Below are positions 41,827-50,729 of a stretch of 64,000 nt of DNA, one piece after another; position 1 is the stretch's first letter; the number at the start of each line of letters is the position of its first letter. The notes beneath the pieces were generated by a model. The model saw only the letters and a list, made by a program, of their open reading frames with translations, had not been told where the DNA came from and ran no database searches. The position numbers and the translations under genes were made by a program. This DNA comes from a virus, in the IMG/VR virus record IMGVR_UViG_3300045988_171964, one strand, 5' to 3'.

Positions 41827-42978
41827 ATGATACTCTCTACAAATCAAGAACTCCGGCTACAGATCCCGAGCAATGCCGTGGACGATGTGGCCAACTTGCA
41901 AGGTATGCTTGATAATAGCGAGAAGGACTTTTTGAAACCTCGCTTAGGGGCATCACTCTATGACCGACTTTGCAAGTATTATGCAAGCATTGAGCCTTCT
42001 GATTTCTGTGATACAGTCATCAATGGCAATTATACTGATAATCCTTGGAGCGAACTTCTGGTTTATGCACAGCGCATGGTTGCAAATGATGCAATGGCGC
42101 AGAATGTAGAAAAACAGGTTCTCTCTATCAATGGCTCCGGTATTAACGTGGCTTCCAGCAGTGACTTTGCCGCGGCTACCAAAGACCAGATAGCACAGGG
42201 CAAAGGAAGTTTCCGAGAGACCGCCATGACTTCTCTTAATAATATGCTTTCCCTCTTAGAGGGATGGGCAAGGAAGGTGAATACTCCTATGCTTATCGAG
42301 GCAGCGGGCGATGGTACAGAAGGCAGTACTCCTTCTGATGGCAGCAATCAAGGTCCCTCATCAGAAGGAACGGATAGCGGTAATGATACCGCAACCGAAG
42401 CCGAGACCAAACGGCATGAAGCAATAGAGGAAATTGTAACCCTGTGGCAGGAAAGTAAGTACTATTACTATCATAAAAACTTGCTTTTCCCTACCTGTGA
42501 GTCCTTATATCCGTTTCTCGATATTCGCGATAACAGAGATAAGTTCATTCGCCTTATTCCCGATATGCGCTTTATTCAGAGTGAATACCTGGAAGAAGCA
42601 TTTGGCGAAGATTTCATCCCTCGCCTCTTACAGGCGAGCGAAGATGACAAGATGTTGGATAAGGCACGTCAGCTTGTAGCCGCCTATCTCAAGGAACGTA
42701 CATCAGTTATCAGTTTTGATAAGCTGACCCGCTCTACGGCGCATAATGATGCCATTACCGTAAGGGAAAGCATTCATCGGTTACTGAAGAAAGAGGAAGC
42801 CGAGAAGCAAGCCAAACTCGATGCAGCCAAAGCGGAAAACGCATCAGAAGGCAGCACTCCTTCCTCATCTACGAGTAACGCCTCTAGCACTTCATCATCG
42901 GGCAGCAAGGATAGCAGCGAAGGCTACGAGAACAACCAAAAGGGTTCGCGTATCTTCGTAACGCCTATCCTGTGCTAA
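41827..42978 (+). CDS. hypothetical virion-module protein
   Basis: 383 aa with Ser/acidic-rich patches. Confidence 0.45.
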   Translation: MILSTNQELRLQIPSNAVDDVANLQGMLDNSEKDFLKPRLGASLYDRLCKYYASIEPSDFCDTVINGNYTDNPWSELLVYAQRMVANDAMAQNVEKQVLSINGSGINVASSSDFAAATKDQIAQGKGSFRETAMTSLNNMLSLLEGWARKVNTPMLIEAAGDGTEGSTPSDGSNQGPSSEGTDSGNDTATEAETKRHEAIEEIVTLWQESKYYYYHKNLLFPTCESLYPFLDIRDNRDKFIRLIPDMRFIQSEYLEEAFGEDFIPRLLQASEDDKMLDKARQLVAAYLKERTSVISFDKLTRSTAHNDAITVRESIHRLLKKEEAEKQAKLDAAKAENASEGSTPSSSTSNASSTSSSGSKDSSEGYENNQKGSRIFVTPILC

Positions 42979-43112
42979 AAAAGGCTTATTTTCGGTTTAA
43001 TGTCGTATTAAGCGTCTTCAAAACCGCTTAATTTGACGTTTAATCGGGGATCAAGCCAAAAACAGGTAAAAAATATTCTTAATTTTCAAATAAACATCAG
43101 AAACAAGGATTT

Positions 43113-44225
43113 ATGGAAAATTTATCTTTACAGGAAATCATCAGCATCTTGGAGCCAGCTATCGGCGCAAGAATGCTTACCCAGGAACAGAAGGATGCTT
43201 ATGAGCAGGGATTGTCTCTCCTGGAAGGTGCAAGTAATGCACGCTCGTTTATCGAGAACTCTCGTAAGTTTAAAGACTACCATCGCCGTACCCGACAGAT
43301 GATCGCCTATCTCAACAGCTACAACAACTCTCAAGCTAACGCTGCATCATCTGCTACCGACAAGCGACGTGTTGGCCGACCTACCAAGCAGGAACAGGCT
43401 GAGTATGCCGAACTTCAGAAAAAGAAAGCCATGGAAGAGGCGAAGCAGTCTCTCTTCCCTAGCCTGAAACCGGACACCACCCTGCAGCCGCTTACCTATA
43501 ATGGTATCGTAGCCAACCCTAACGGCGAAAGTATCGCTGCCACCATGCCCAACCTAATGCAGTTGCGTCCGTTCCTCTCTACCGCCCTGCAGGAGCAGGT
43601 GAACACCGTGCGTGACCTCCGCAGCGAGATGGCAAGCAAGGCAGAACAGGCTAAGACCAGGGCTGAAGCCAACGAGAAAGCCATCTCTCAAGGCAAAAGT
43701 GCCGTCTACACCGAGGATGAGATTGCCGAACTCGCCACAAGAGCCGTAGAAATCGAAAGCGATATTCTTCCGGAAATCTTCAAGGCTGTAGATAGAGAAA
43801 TGGGCGAGTGTTATCTGCGACTGAGCGAGAAGACCGGAGACCCTGAATATATCGCCTATGTAAAGAAAACCTTTACCGTGGACCCTCAGACCCTCCGTAC
43901 CCAGTTTAAGCCATTCTACGAGAAGGCGCAATCCCGTGACCCTCGATTTGCCGAGCAGGTAGCCGAAAAGATTGCCAACGACCGTCCGGAAGTAAAGGCA
44001 GCACGCGATGCAGCCGCCAAGCACAAAGCAGAAGCCGATGCTCGCATCAAGTATATCCTTCGCAAGGATAAGCCATCTACTCAGACGAGAGTGAAAGGCA
44101 TCAAGGAGCGCATAGACCAACTTCGCCAGGATTTCTCTGACATCGTGACCGAAGAGGAGATTTCCGGCTATGAAGCTATTCTCACCAAAACTATAGAAGA
44201 AGCCAAAGAGGATCCCGAAGCATAA
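43113..44225 (+). CDS. hypothetical coiled-coil protein
   Basis: 370 aa, K/E/A-rich. Confidence 0.45.
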   Translation: MENLSLQEIISILEPAIGARMLTQEQKDAYEQGLSLLEGASNARSFIENSRKFKDYHRRTRQMIAYLNSYNNSQANAASSATDKRRVGRPTKQEQAEYAELQKKKAMEEAKQSLFPSLKPDTTLQPLTYNGIVANPNGESIAATMPNLMQLRPFLSTALQEQVNTVRDLRSEMASKAEQAKTRAEANEKAISQGKSAVYTEDEIAELATRAVEIESDILPEIFKAVDREMGECYLRLSEKTGDPEYIAYVKKTFTVDPQTLRTQFKPFYEKAQSRDPRFAEQVAEKIANDRPEVKAARDAAAKHKAEADARIKYILRKDKPSTQTRVKGIKERIDQLRQDFSDIVTEEEISGYEAILTKTIEEAKEDPEA

Positions 44226-44230
44226 TTCCC

Positions 44231-44266
44231 CTCTCGCCCCCGTTCCCAGCGATTTCATCGCTGGGT
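44231..44266 (+). repeat. Motif-A hairpin copy A8
   Basis: CTCTCGCCCCCGTTCCCAGCGATTTCATCGCTGGGT. Confidence 0.85.
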
Positions 44267-44274
44267 TCTTTTTT

Positions 44275-44310
44275 ATGTCCCCCCTAATAAGAAAAAACCT
44301 CCTATCTTTG
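44275..44310 (+). promoter_or_regulatory. phage promoter variant, ATGTCCCCC-N19-TATCTTTG
   Basis: -7 box at 44303-44310 in the same register. Gene start is at 44337. Confidence 0.5.
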
Positions 44311-44336
44311 CCCTATAAACAAAGAAGAAAAGCAAT

Positions 44337-44990
44337 ATGGCAAAGAATAAAGAAACCCCAGAACAGCGCACGCAGCGTTTCAAGACCCTTTGCGTCCATA
44401 TCCTCGCCCAGAGCGGCAACTGCCAGGAATCGCAGCATGCCTTCAAAAGCACGCAGAGCATTCCCGATATGTGCGAGGCATGGCGCAAATACTGGCACGG
44501 CTTAATCACCGAGGTACCGCAGCAGGTAATCGATGCTTTCAAGGCGGTATATCCGGAATTTAAGGCTGATATAAACCAGGGTGGTATCTTCTATAACGAG
44601 GATTCGCCCACCGGTACCGTCCTCGTAGGCGATACAGACGAGGAAATCCACCTCTACTCCTCCCGAAAGATATACGTCTTAGGCAAGGCACACGTTATCC
44701 TCCATAATGCGGCTACCGCCCTCGTGATGAATGAAGGCTGCAAAGTAGAGCTATTGGATGGCAGCAAGGCAACCATCAAGGCAGGTTACGGCATCGCCCG
44801 AAACTATGCCCACCTGGTAACTGGCAGCGAGGCAGAAAGCTACGACCAGAGTGTAGTCTTCATCACCGATGGCACTCTTCACGACCATGGGCATCAGAAA
44901 ATCAATGCTTTTGGTACGGCAACCATTGATACCTTCACCGATCGCCTCATAGATTTATACGATAACGCAAAAATAGAAATCAGAAAATGA
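44337..44990 (+). CDS. hypothetical protein
   Basis: 217 aa. ATGA overlap with the next gene. Confidence 0.45.
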   Translation: MAKNKETPEQRTQRFKTLCVHILAQSGNCQESQHAFKSTQSIPDMCEAWRKYWHGLITEVPQQVIDAFKAVYPEFKADINQGGIFYNEDSPTGTVLVGDTDEEIHLYSSRKIYVLGKAHVILHNAATALVMNEGCKVELLDGSKATIKAGYGIARNYAHLVTGSEAESYDQSVVFITDGTLHDHGHQKINAFGTATIDTFTDRLIDLYDNAKIEIRK

Positions 44991-47836
44991 ACTCACATCT
45001 TACGATATTGATAAACGACAAGCCGGTAGCTTTGCCCGATGATTTCTCAATAGATATTGAGGATCAGAACCCAGTGTTCAACGATACGGAAATGTTCTCC
45101 TATCCTTTCTCTATTCCGCTGGACGGCAACCGATGGCTGGTAAAGAACATCGAAGATATTCATGCCGCCATGAAAGCCGTGAATATGGAGCACCTGCCTA
45201 CTCGCATTCATGCCGACGGACTGCCATTCCGAAGCGGTACCTTGGTCATGCAGGACGATGAGGAAATAACCGATTCACTCTCTATGAACATCGATGCCAG
45301 CACGCAGAGTTTCAGCGAGCTAATCAGCGACCTGCAATGCCGTGATATTCCTGTAAAGGACCAGATTATCATCGGTGAGAAAATCGGTAATGTGAGGGTG
45401 GATATAGAGAGCGACCCTGTGGTAAAGGTAAATGTTTTTGTTACCGGAGGTAAGCATAAGGATGATAAGACGGAAAACCACGAAATCAGAGCCGCCCACG
45501 TAAGCGTAAGCAAGGTTCTCGAACCGCAAGCACTCGGTTTCTCTTATCCTGCCAGTTGTAAGGAATATACAAGCACATCTACCCAGCATTATAAAGGTGA
45601 TGCGTATAAGCTCTCAGAGCGTTCCTATCCGCAGAACCATACAGTAAATGAGCCTACCATCGCAAATAACGGTAACTATATAAACACCGCTGCTGCCTAT
45701 GGCGAAACCGATGGCGCGGGCAGGGCAGCCGCTTACTGCAACGCCCGTATCTGTTACAAACATCATGGTCTTGATGATGACAAGAAGACGGCGAGCGGTG
45801 TTATTAGTACGAAAGACTGTACCTGGACGAACGAAGACCTTTATCCTTATTGGGTATTGGATGCCAAACGTCCGCAGTCGGGTATCTGCTTCTATGTGCT
45901 TTATTTCCTCGATTGCCTCTTTGACTATCTGGGTGTAACTTTCGATAAGCGAGCCTTAATGCAGATAGAGGATTTGAAGCATCTCTGCTTCTTCACGACC
46001 GTATGCAGCTACGATACCGTCAGCTACCAGTATGACGAGGACGATCCTACAGGCGCAAAACAACCTAATCTTCACCCTCATCATGGTACTTATTATCGAA
46101 AAAACGATGCCGACGTAATCGCCAAGAAGAAGAAAGCTGGTGAAATCAAGACGGGTTATTTCCAAAGCCAGGAGCATATCAATTCATGGCTGGAAAGCCG
46201 TGGATGCGGTGGAAAGATTAATATCGTGAAAGCTGAGAATAAGGATGTGCAGGAATTGACTCTTCGCACACCAGAAGGTACAACCGAGCATGTGCAGGTA
46301 GGCGAGGTTCGCGATGATGGCGGCAAGGTTACTAGTATCAGCATCGAGGCAAAAATCAGCAAGTTCAAGGTACAGGCAAACGTGCTTAATATGGTAGCCA
46401 ACAGCGGCAATTTCCCTGATGAGAGCGTAAGCACCGTAATCTCATCTCTTGAAAGTGCCTTTGGTATCAAGTTCTCGTATGATTACGAGCAGAAGAAGGT
46501 AACAGCTTATCTTACCCGTGATGTGTTGCGCAAGAGCGGTAATGAGGCAAGAACGTTTCATGCCAACATCCACTCCATGGTCCCGATGACCGAGAAGATT
46601 ACAGGTGTGCGTATGCGCTATTCTGCAGAGAGTGATGCAAAAGATCAGCGTCAGAATGTACTCGATAGCCGTAGAAACAAGAACATGGGTTATTCTACCG
46701 ATTATGATTACATCGATTACCCTGCGCCAGATAGTGGCGATAACTCCACCGTCTATAATCTCGACTACATCGATTTCTTCCATAATCTGAGTAGTGGAGA
46801 TAAGCATTGTTATATCGACCGCAAGACTGGCAACGCTTATCGCGTAAAGGTGAATAGTGATGCACCCACGACAGCCGACTTGAAACCGGTACTCTTTGAG
46901 GTAGGTCAGTTTAAGGGTGTAGAATATGGAGATTGCAGCGATGAGAACGAAGATTTCATTCACGATATTTCGGTAGATTTTACTCCTGTTCCGTTCAATG
47001 ATGTGAACTATTTCAAGGAGATAGAAGCTGCCTATGGCTCTCACGAGGCAATCGACTCCTACAACGGCAAGAAATATGGTGTAACCATCGCCGATAGTCA
47101 GCCTATCCTCTGTGCTTATGTAGATGAGGATATGGAGCATGAGTTTGTGGAGCAGATTATCAATCAGACTATCTCTACTGCTTTCTGTGATTTCTACATG
47201 CAGCAGACACTATCACTCGTAGAAAGCTACGACCCGTCGAGCACCGATGATGGCAATTCTCCGTTGCAGGATGATTCACGCTGGGGATATGCGGTTGCTT
47301 TGATGCGAGGTGGTGGTAGCGATGCTACCCGCCAGTCTTACGATTATAATTACGACCACTTCGGAACGTCCAAATGGCGTACCGTATCTGGTAAGTATGC
47401 CCTGGCATGTGATTCACTGGATATGATGGGCAACGTGTTTGATTACAACGGTGTGCAGGAAGGTGTAGGCGATGGTGAACGTTTCTCGCTCAAGATACGA
47501 GCTTTCAAGGAACCATCGTGGTTAAGTGATCCGAAGTATCAAAATGTAGTACTTTGTGATAAAGATGAGGTAGATAAAAATGGTAAGGTGGTTAAGAAGG
47601 TTCGCTCCCGTGGCCTCTTTGATACCTTCATTCTCCCATACGCCTATTTCCTCTTAAATAGAAAGAAGTTTATGGTAAGATGTACCACCACCGTAGCGCA
47701 GGTGGCCGATATACCTAACCACTGGCAGGAATGGTGGAATATAGGCGGTATGAAATGCCTTATCGACAAGGTAAATACTACCATCGATGCCAAGACGGGC
47801 ATGGGCGAAGTAGAGTTAACAGTGTACGCCCTCTAA
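44987..47836 (+). CDS. large tail/baseplate-associated protein (putative)
   Basis: 949 aa, between the portal block and the tail fibre. Called by size and position only. Confidence 0.45.
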   Translation: MNSHLTILINDKPVALPDDFSIDIEDQNPVFNDTEMFSYPFSIPLDGNRWLVKNIEDIHAAMKAVNMEHLPTRIHADGLPFRSGTLVMQDDEEITDSLSMNIDASTQSFSELISDLQCRDIPVKDQIIIGEKIGNVRVDIESDPVVKVNVFVTGGKHKDDKTENHEIRAAHVSVSKVLEPQALGFSYPASCKEYTSTSTQHYKGDAYKLSERSYPQNHTVNEPTIANNGNYINTAAAYGETDGAGRAAAYCNARICYKHHGLDDDKKTASGVISTKDCTWTNEDLYPYWVLDAKRPQSGICFYVLYFLDCLFDYLGVTFDKRALMQIEDLKHLCFFTTVCSYDTVSYQYDEDDPTGAKQPNLHPHHGTYYRKNDADVIAKKKKAGEIKTGYFQSQEHINSWLESRGCGGKINIVKAENKDVQELTLRTPEGTTEHVQVGEVRDDGGKVTSISIEAKISKFKVQANVLNMVANSGNFPDESVSTVISSLESAFGIKFSYDYEQKKVTAYLTRDVLRKSGNEARTFHANIHSMVPMTEKITGVRMRYSAESDAKDQRQNVLDSRRNKNMGYSTDYDYIDYPAPDSGDNSTVYNLDYIDFFHNLSSGDKHCYIDRKTGNAYRVKVNSDAPTTADLKPVLFEVGQFKGVEYGDCSDENEDFIHDISVDFTPVPFNDVNYFKEIEAAYGSHEAIDSYNGKKYGVTIADSQPILCAYVDEDMEHEFVEQIINQTISTAFCDFYMQQTLSLVESYDPSSTDDGNSPLQDDSRWGYAVALMRGGGSDATRQSYDYNYDHFGTSKWRTVSGKYALACDSLDMMGNVFDYNGVQEGVGDGERFSLKIRAFKEPSWLSDPKYQNVVLCDKDEVDKNGKVVKKVRSRGLFDTFILPYAYFLLNRKKFMVRCTTTVAQVADIPNHWQEWWNIGGMKCLIDKVNTTIDAKTGMGEVELTVYAL

Positions 47837-47840
47837 CTCC

Positions 47841-47876
47841 CTCTCGCCCCCGTTCCCAGCGATTCTATCGCTGGTC
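47841..47876 (+). repeat. Motif-A hairpin copy A9
   Basis: CTCTCGCCCCCGTTCCCAGCGATTCTATCGCTGGTC. Confidence 0.9.
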
Positions 47877-47908
47877 TCACAATAAGAAACATAAAAAATG
47901 AAATAAAA

Positions 47909-49117
47909 ATGGATAAAAAGATATTGATTACCGGAACCGGTATTCATTCTGCCCTAGGCAGAAGTACAAGAGAAGTAGCCATGAACCTCTATAAGGGTAA
48001 ATGCGGATTGCATCACGACGAATGCCGCGATAAATACAATTCCGATTTATGTGGCAATGTACCTAGTTGGAAAGCAGAGTGTCTGGATATACTTACCCAC
48101 GCGCAATACGAATGTATGCCTGCACATGGTTTTTATGTGCTCGATGCGGTATTCGAGGCGCTGAAGAAAGCAAAGGTCAGTAAGGAGTTTCTTGAAAACC
48201 ATAATGTTTCACTTATCGTAAGTAACGACTCAGAATGTTATGAAAGCAAAGTTGTGGTCTCTCACGTAAAAAAGAACATCTCTAATCGTAGACTTCCGGT
48301 AACAACCCTATTCCGTTCACTTAATTCCACTATCAGCATGAACCTGGCCACTATCCTCGGCATTCATGGTTTATCGCTCACCGTTAGCGCAGCCTGTGCA
48401 GGAGGTGGCCACGCCATCGGACTAGCAAAGATGTTGCTCGATAGCAAACAGACTGAAATGGTAATTGTGATTGGTGCGCAGGAATGCGGATCTCAATATT
48501 GCATGGAAGCTTTCGATGCCCTCGGTGTCTTCTCACCTGATAAAGTACAGCCGTTTGGTAAAGGCAGAAACGGATTGGCACCATCTGGTGGCGCAGCCTG
48601 CATCATCCTCGAACCATCGGATAGTCTTCGATTGAAAGAAGAGAAGGTGCATTCATTCGCTTCCCTTTCCGGCTATGGCTTCTCTACCAATGGAAAAGCT
48701 ATCACTACCCCTGATAGTTATCAGGAAGAAGTATCTATGCTGAATGCTATCGAGAATGCAGGTTTGGATGAAGGCATGATAGACGTAGTACTTGCTCATG
48801 CTACCGGCACACCGATGGGCGATGAAGCCGAGGCAAAGGCAATAGAGAGGATCTTCCCTATCTGTCCGAACGTAGTAGCTACAAAAGGTATGACGGGTCA
48901 CGAGTGTTGGATGGCAGGTGTATCGCAAGCCATACAAGCTACCATCATGCTTACATACGGTCGTCTGTTCCATGCAGCCACTACCGAGGAGAACGCCTTC
49001 CCGAAATTGAACCTGGTGATGCGCCCTAAGTATTATTCCCCTCATCATATCCTCTGTAATGCCTTTGGCTTTGGAGGTACAAACTCCTCATTCGTTATTT
49101 CGAATGTTGAATGTTGA
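47909..49117 (+). CDS. beta-ketoacyl-ACP synthase (FabF/FabB-type, Cys-His-His)
   Basis: ILITGTGIHSALG; active-site Cys in LTVSAACAGGGHAIG; first His in VLAHATGTPMGDEAE; second His in ATKGMTGHECWMAG; NAFGFGGTNSSFVI. The last codons lie in the Motif-B left arm. Confidence 0.9.
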   Translation: MDKKILITGTGIHSALGRSTREVAMNLYKGKCGLHHDECRDKYNSDLCGNVPSWKAECLDILTHAQYECMPAHGFYVLDAVFEALKKAKVSKEFLENHNVSLIVSNDSECYESKVVVSHVKKNISNRRLPVTTLFRSLNSTISMNLATILGIHGLSLTVSAACAGGGHAIGLAKMLLDSKQTEMVIVIGAQECGSQYCMEAFDALGVFSPDKVQPFGKGRNGLAPSGGAACIILEPSDSLRLKEEKVHSFASLSGYGFSTNGKAITTPDSYQEEVSMLNAIENAGLDEGMIDVVLAHATGTPMGDEAEAKAIERIFPICPNVVATKGMTGHECWMAGVSQAIQATIMLTYGRLFHAATTEENAFPKLNLVMRPKYYSPHHILCNAFGFGGTNSSFVISNVEC

Positions 49118-49138
49118 GTGTTGATTTAGGCTAGTGCC
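49102..49138. repeat. Motif-B left arm plus loop start (B7)
   Basis: GAATGTTGAATGTTGAGTGTTGATTTAGGCTAGTGCC, fused to Motif-A copy A10 as at B3/A2. Confidence 0.85.
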
Positions 49139-49140
49139 TT

Positions 49141-49175
49141 CGCGCCTCCGTTCCCAGCGATTCTATCGCTGGTCA
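49141..49175 (+). repeat. Motif-A hairpin copy A10
   Basis: CGCGCCTCCGTTCCCAGCGATTCTATCGCTGGTCA. Confidence 0.9.
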
Positions 49176-49200
49176 GTTACTAATAAAAAGCAAAAAAAAT

Positions 49201-49473
49201 ATGAAAAAAGAAGAAATAACCTCTCGCATTATCACCATCGTGAACAGCCTGAAAACATCATGGGTAAAGCACGAAGTAACACCTGCATCTAACCTTCGTG
49301 ACGAGGTAGAACTGGAGTCTCTTGATTTCCTCGATATGATCCAGCAGGTGGAAATGATGTTCCATATCAAGATTACCCCGGAAGAGGCGAAAGATTGCAA
49401 GCTCGTTTCCGATGTAATTGCGCTCGCCGAGCGCAAAGTCAACATTCAACATTCAACACTCAACACTAAATAA
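49201..49473 (+). CDS. acyl carrier protein
   Basis: LRDEVELESLDFLDMIQQVEMMFHIKITPEEA aligns with the ACP helix II region ([20 protein letters not shown]), with the phosphopantetheine Ser in ESLD. The C-terminal NIQHSTLNTK is encoded by the Motif-B right arm. Confidence 0.85.
   Translation: MKKEEITSRIITIVNSLKTSWVKHEVTPASNLRDEVELESLDFLDMIQQVEMMFHIKITPEEAKDCKLVSDVIALAERKVNIQHSTLNTK
49439..49468. repeat. Motif-B right arm only (B8)
   Basis: TCAACATTCAACATTCAACACTCAACACTA. Confidence 0.85.
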
Positions 49474-49475
49474 CT

Positions 49476-50531
49476 ATGGCACAGAAAATCAATCTCACAT
49501 CTGGTTCTGTCTTTGCCGGAAACCCGATAACCTTTACCATCACCCCCTCCGTGGCTACGAATCCATCCTTCCATCGGGTTATCGTAGAAGTGAACTTTGA
49601 TGATGGTACGGGCAGTTACGAAACCAATAAGCTCACTATTCCTGTTACCACCGAGAGAAGTGATGTATCGCTCGATATATCCTCTGCTCTCCGTATTACG
49701 CTGGATAGCTACAAGTATACTGCCATTCCATCCACCTACCCCGTGGTAAGCTGGTACATCAAAGCCTACGATGAGTATATGGATAACAACGGAGAGGTGC
49801 ATACCGGTGTAGGCGAGGTCTATTATCCAGCTGATGGCTCGAAGAATAAAGGTGAAACCAACCTTCGCTGCATAGCCGGAGCCTTCAGCGATATAGAACG
49901 ATTGAAATCGGGCGTAACGAAGGCTGTCACCCTTCTCTCCTGCAAACCGACTGATACCCCCGAAATAGCCGTTGTAGGCGCGAGCTTTGTTTATCCTGTC
50001 TCCTATAGCGCAGGGCAGAACTTAGCTACCAGCAGCTCACTGACCGCCCCTGTATCTAGGGAGCAGGAAATCACGAAGGAAGGTGCGCAGAGCATTCAGG
50101 GGCACCCTATCTATGCTCTACCGTCCTCTGAAGCTGAAGACCGTACCACCTTCCGTTTCATTAACCGCTTCGGTTGTCTAGAGAGTATCAGCGTGCCGAA
50201 ATCCTACTCTCAGAAGATGAATGTCGAGAGCACGCAATATACGAAAGCTATTCAGGAAACCTTCAATCAATTCTCCCGTGCCGCTATCAAGAAGCAGAAT
50301 AATCGTGAAAGCTGGCTCTATCAGAGCGACCCGCTTACCAAGGCATGGCAGCAGTGGTATCTCCATGAGTTCCTGATGTCTGAGCACGTATGGCTGAAAG
50401 CCAATGATGCCTGGCTTCCTTGCACCATCAATCTCGAAGATGAAATAACCATCAAGGACGAAACCAACAAAAATATGTATTCCGTTTCCTTTACTGCAAA
50501 GCTAGGTATCAACGGCAACCCGCTTATTTAG
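49476..50531 (+). CDS. hypothetical tail-module protein
   Basis: 351 aa. Starts 3 nt after the ACP stop. Confidence 0.45.
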   Translation: MAQKINLTSGSVFAGNPITFTITPSVATNPSFHRVIVEVNFDDGTGSYETNKLTIPVTTERSDVSLDISSALRITLDSYKYTAIPSTYPVVSWYIKAYDEYMDNNGEVHTGVGEVYYPADGSKNKGETNLRCIAGAFSDIERLKSGVTKAVTLLSCKPTDTPEIAVVGASFVYPVSYSAGQNLATSSSLTAPVSREQEITKEGAQSIQGHPIYALPSSEAEDRTTFRFINRFGCLESISVPKSYSQKMNVESTQYTKAIQETFNQFSRAAIKKQNNRESWLYQSDPLTKAWQQWYLHEFLMSEHVWLKANDAWLPCTINLEDEITIKDETNKNMYSVSFTAKLGINGNPLI

Positions 50532-50659
50532 TGTTGAATGCTTTTATTAATGTTGAGTGTTGAATGTTGAATGTTGATTTAGGCTAGCGCCGTTGAGTCC
50601 GTTAGGCAATTCAACATTCAACATTCAACACTCAACATTTAAAAATCCCATTCAACATT
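50531..50659. repeat. Motif-B heptamer hairpin, extended full copy (B9)
   Basis: Main arms at 50549-50577 / 50610-50639. Loop reads TTTAGGCTAGCGCCGTTGAGTCCGTTAGGCAA. An extra outer arm pair lies at 50531-50540 / 50651-50659. Confidence 0.9.
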
Positions 50660-50661
50660 TT

Positions 50662-50697
50662 TTGTCCCCACTAAAAAAGCGAAAACCTTTATCTTTG
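50662..50697 (+). promoter_or_regulatory. phage promoter, TTGTCCCCA-N19-TATCTTTG
   Basis: TTG at 50662 and the -7 box at 50690-50697. Gene start is at 50730. Confidence 0.6.
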
Positions 50698-50729
50698 CCT
50701 TATAAATAAATAAAAATCCAAACAAAAAA

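Noticed and set aside
4334-50659. The heptamer-rich repeats as a CRISPR array.
   Set aside because: The repeat units are 7 nt, directly abutting with no spacers. They form inverted arms of single hairpins scattered over 46 kb, and no cas genes are present.
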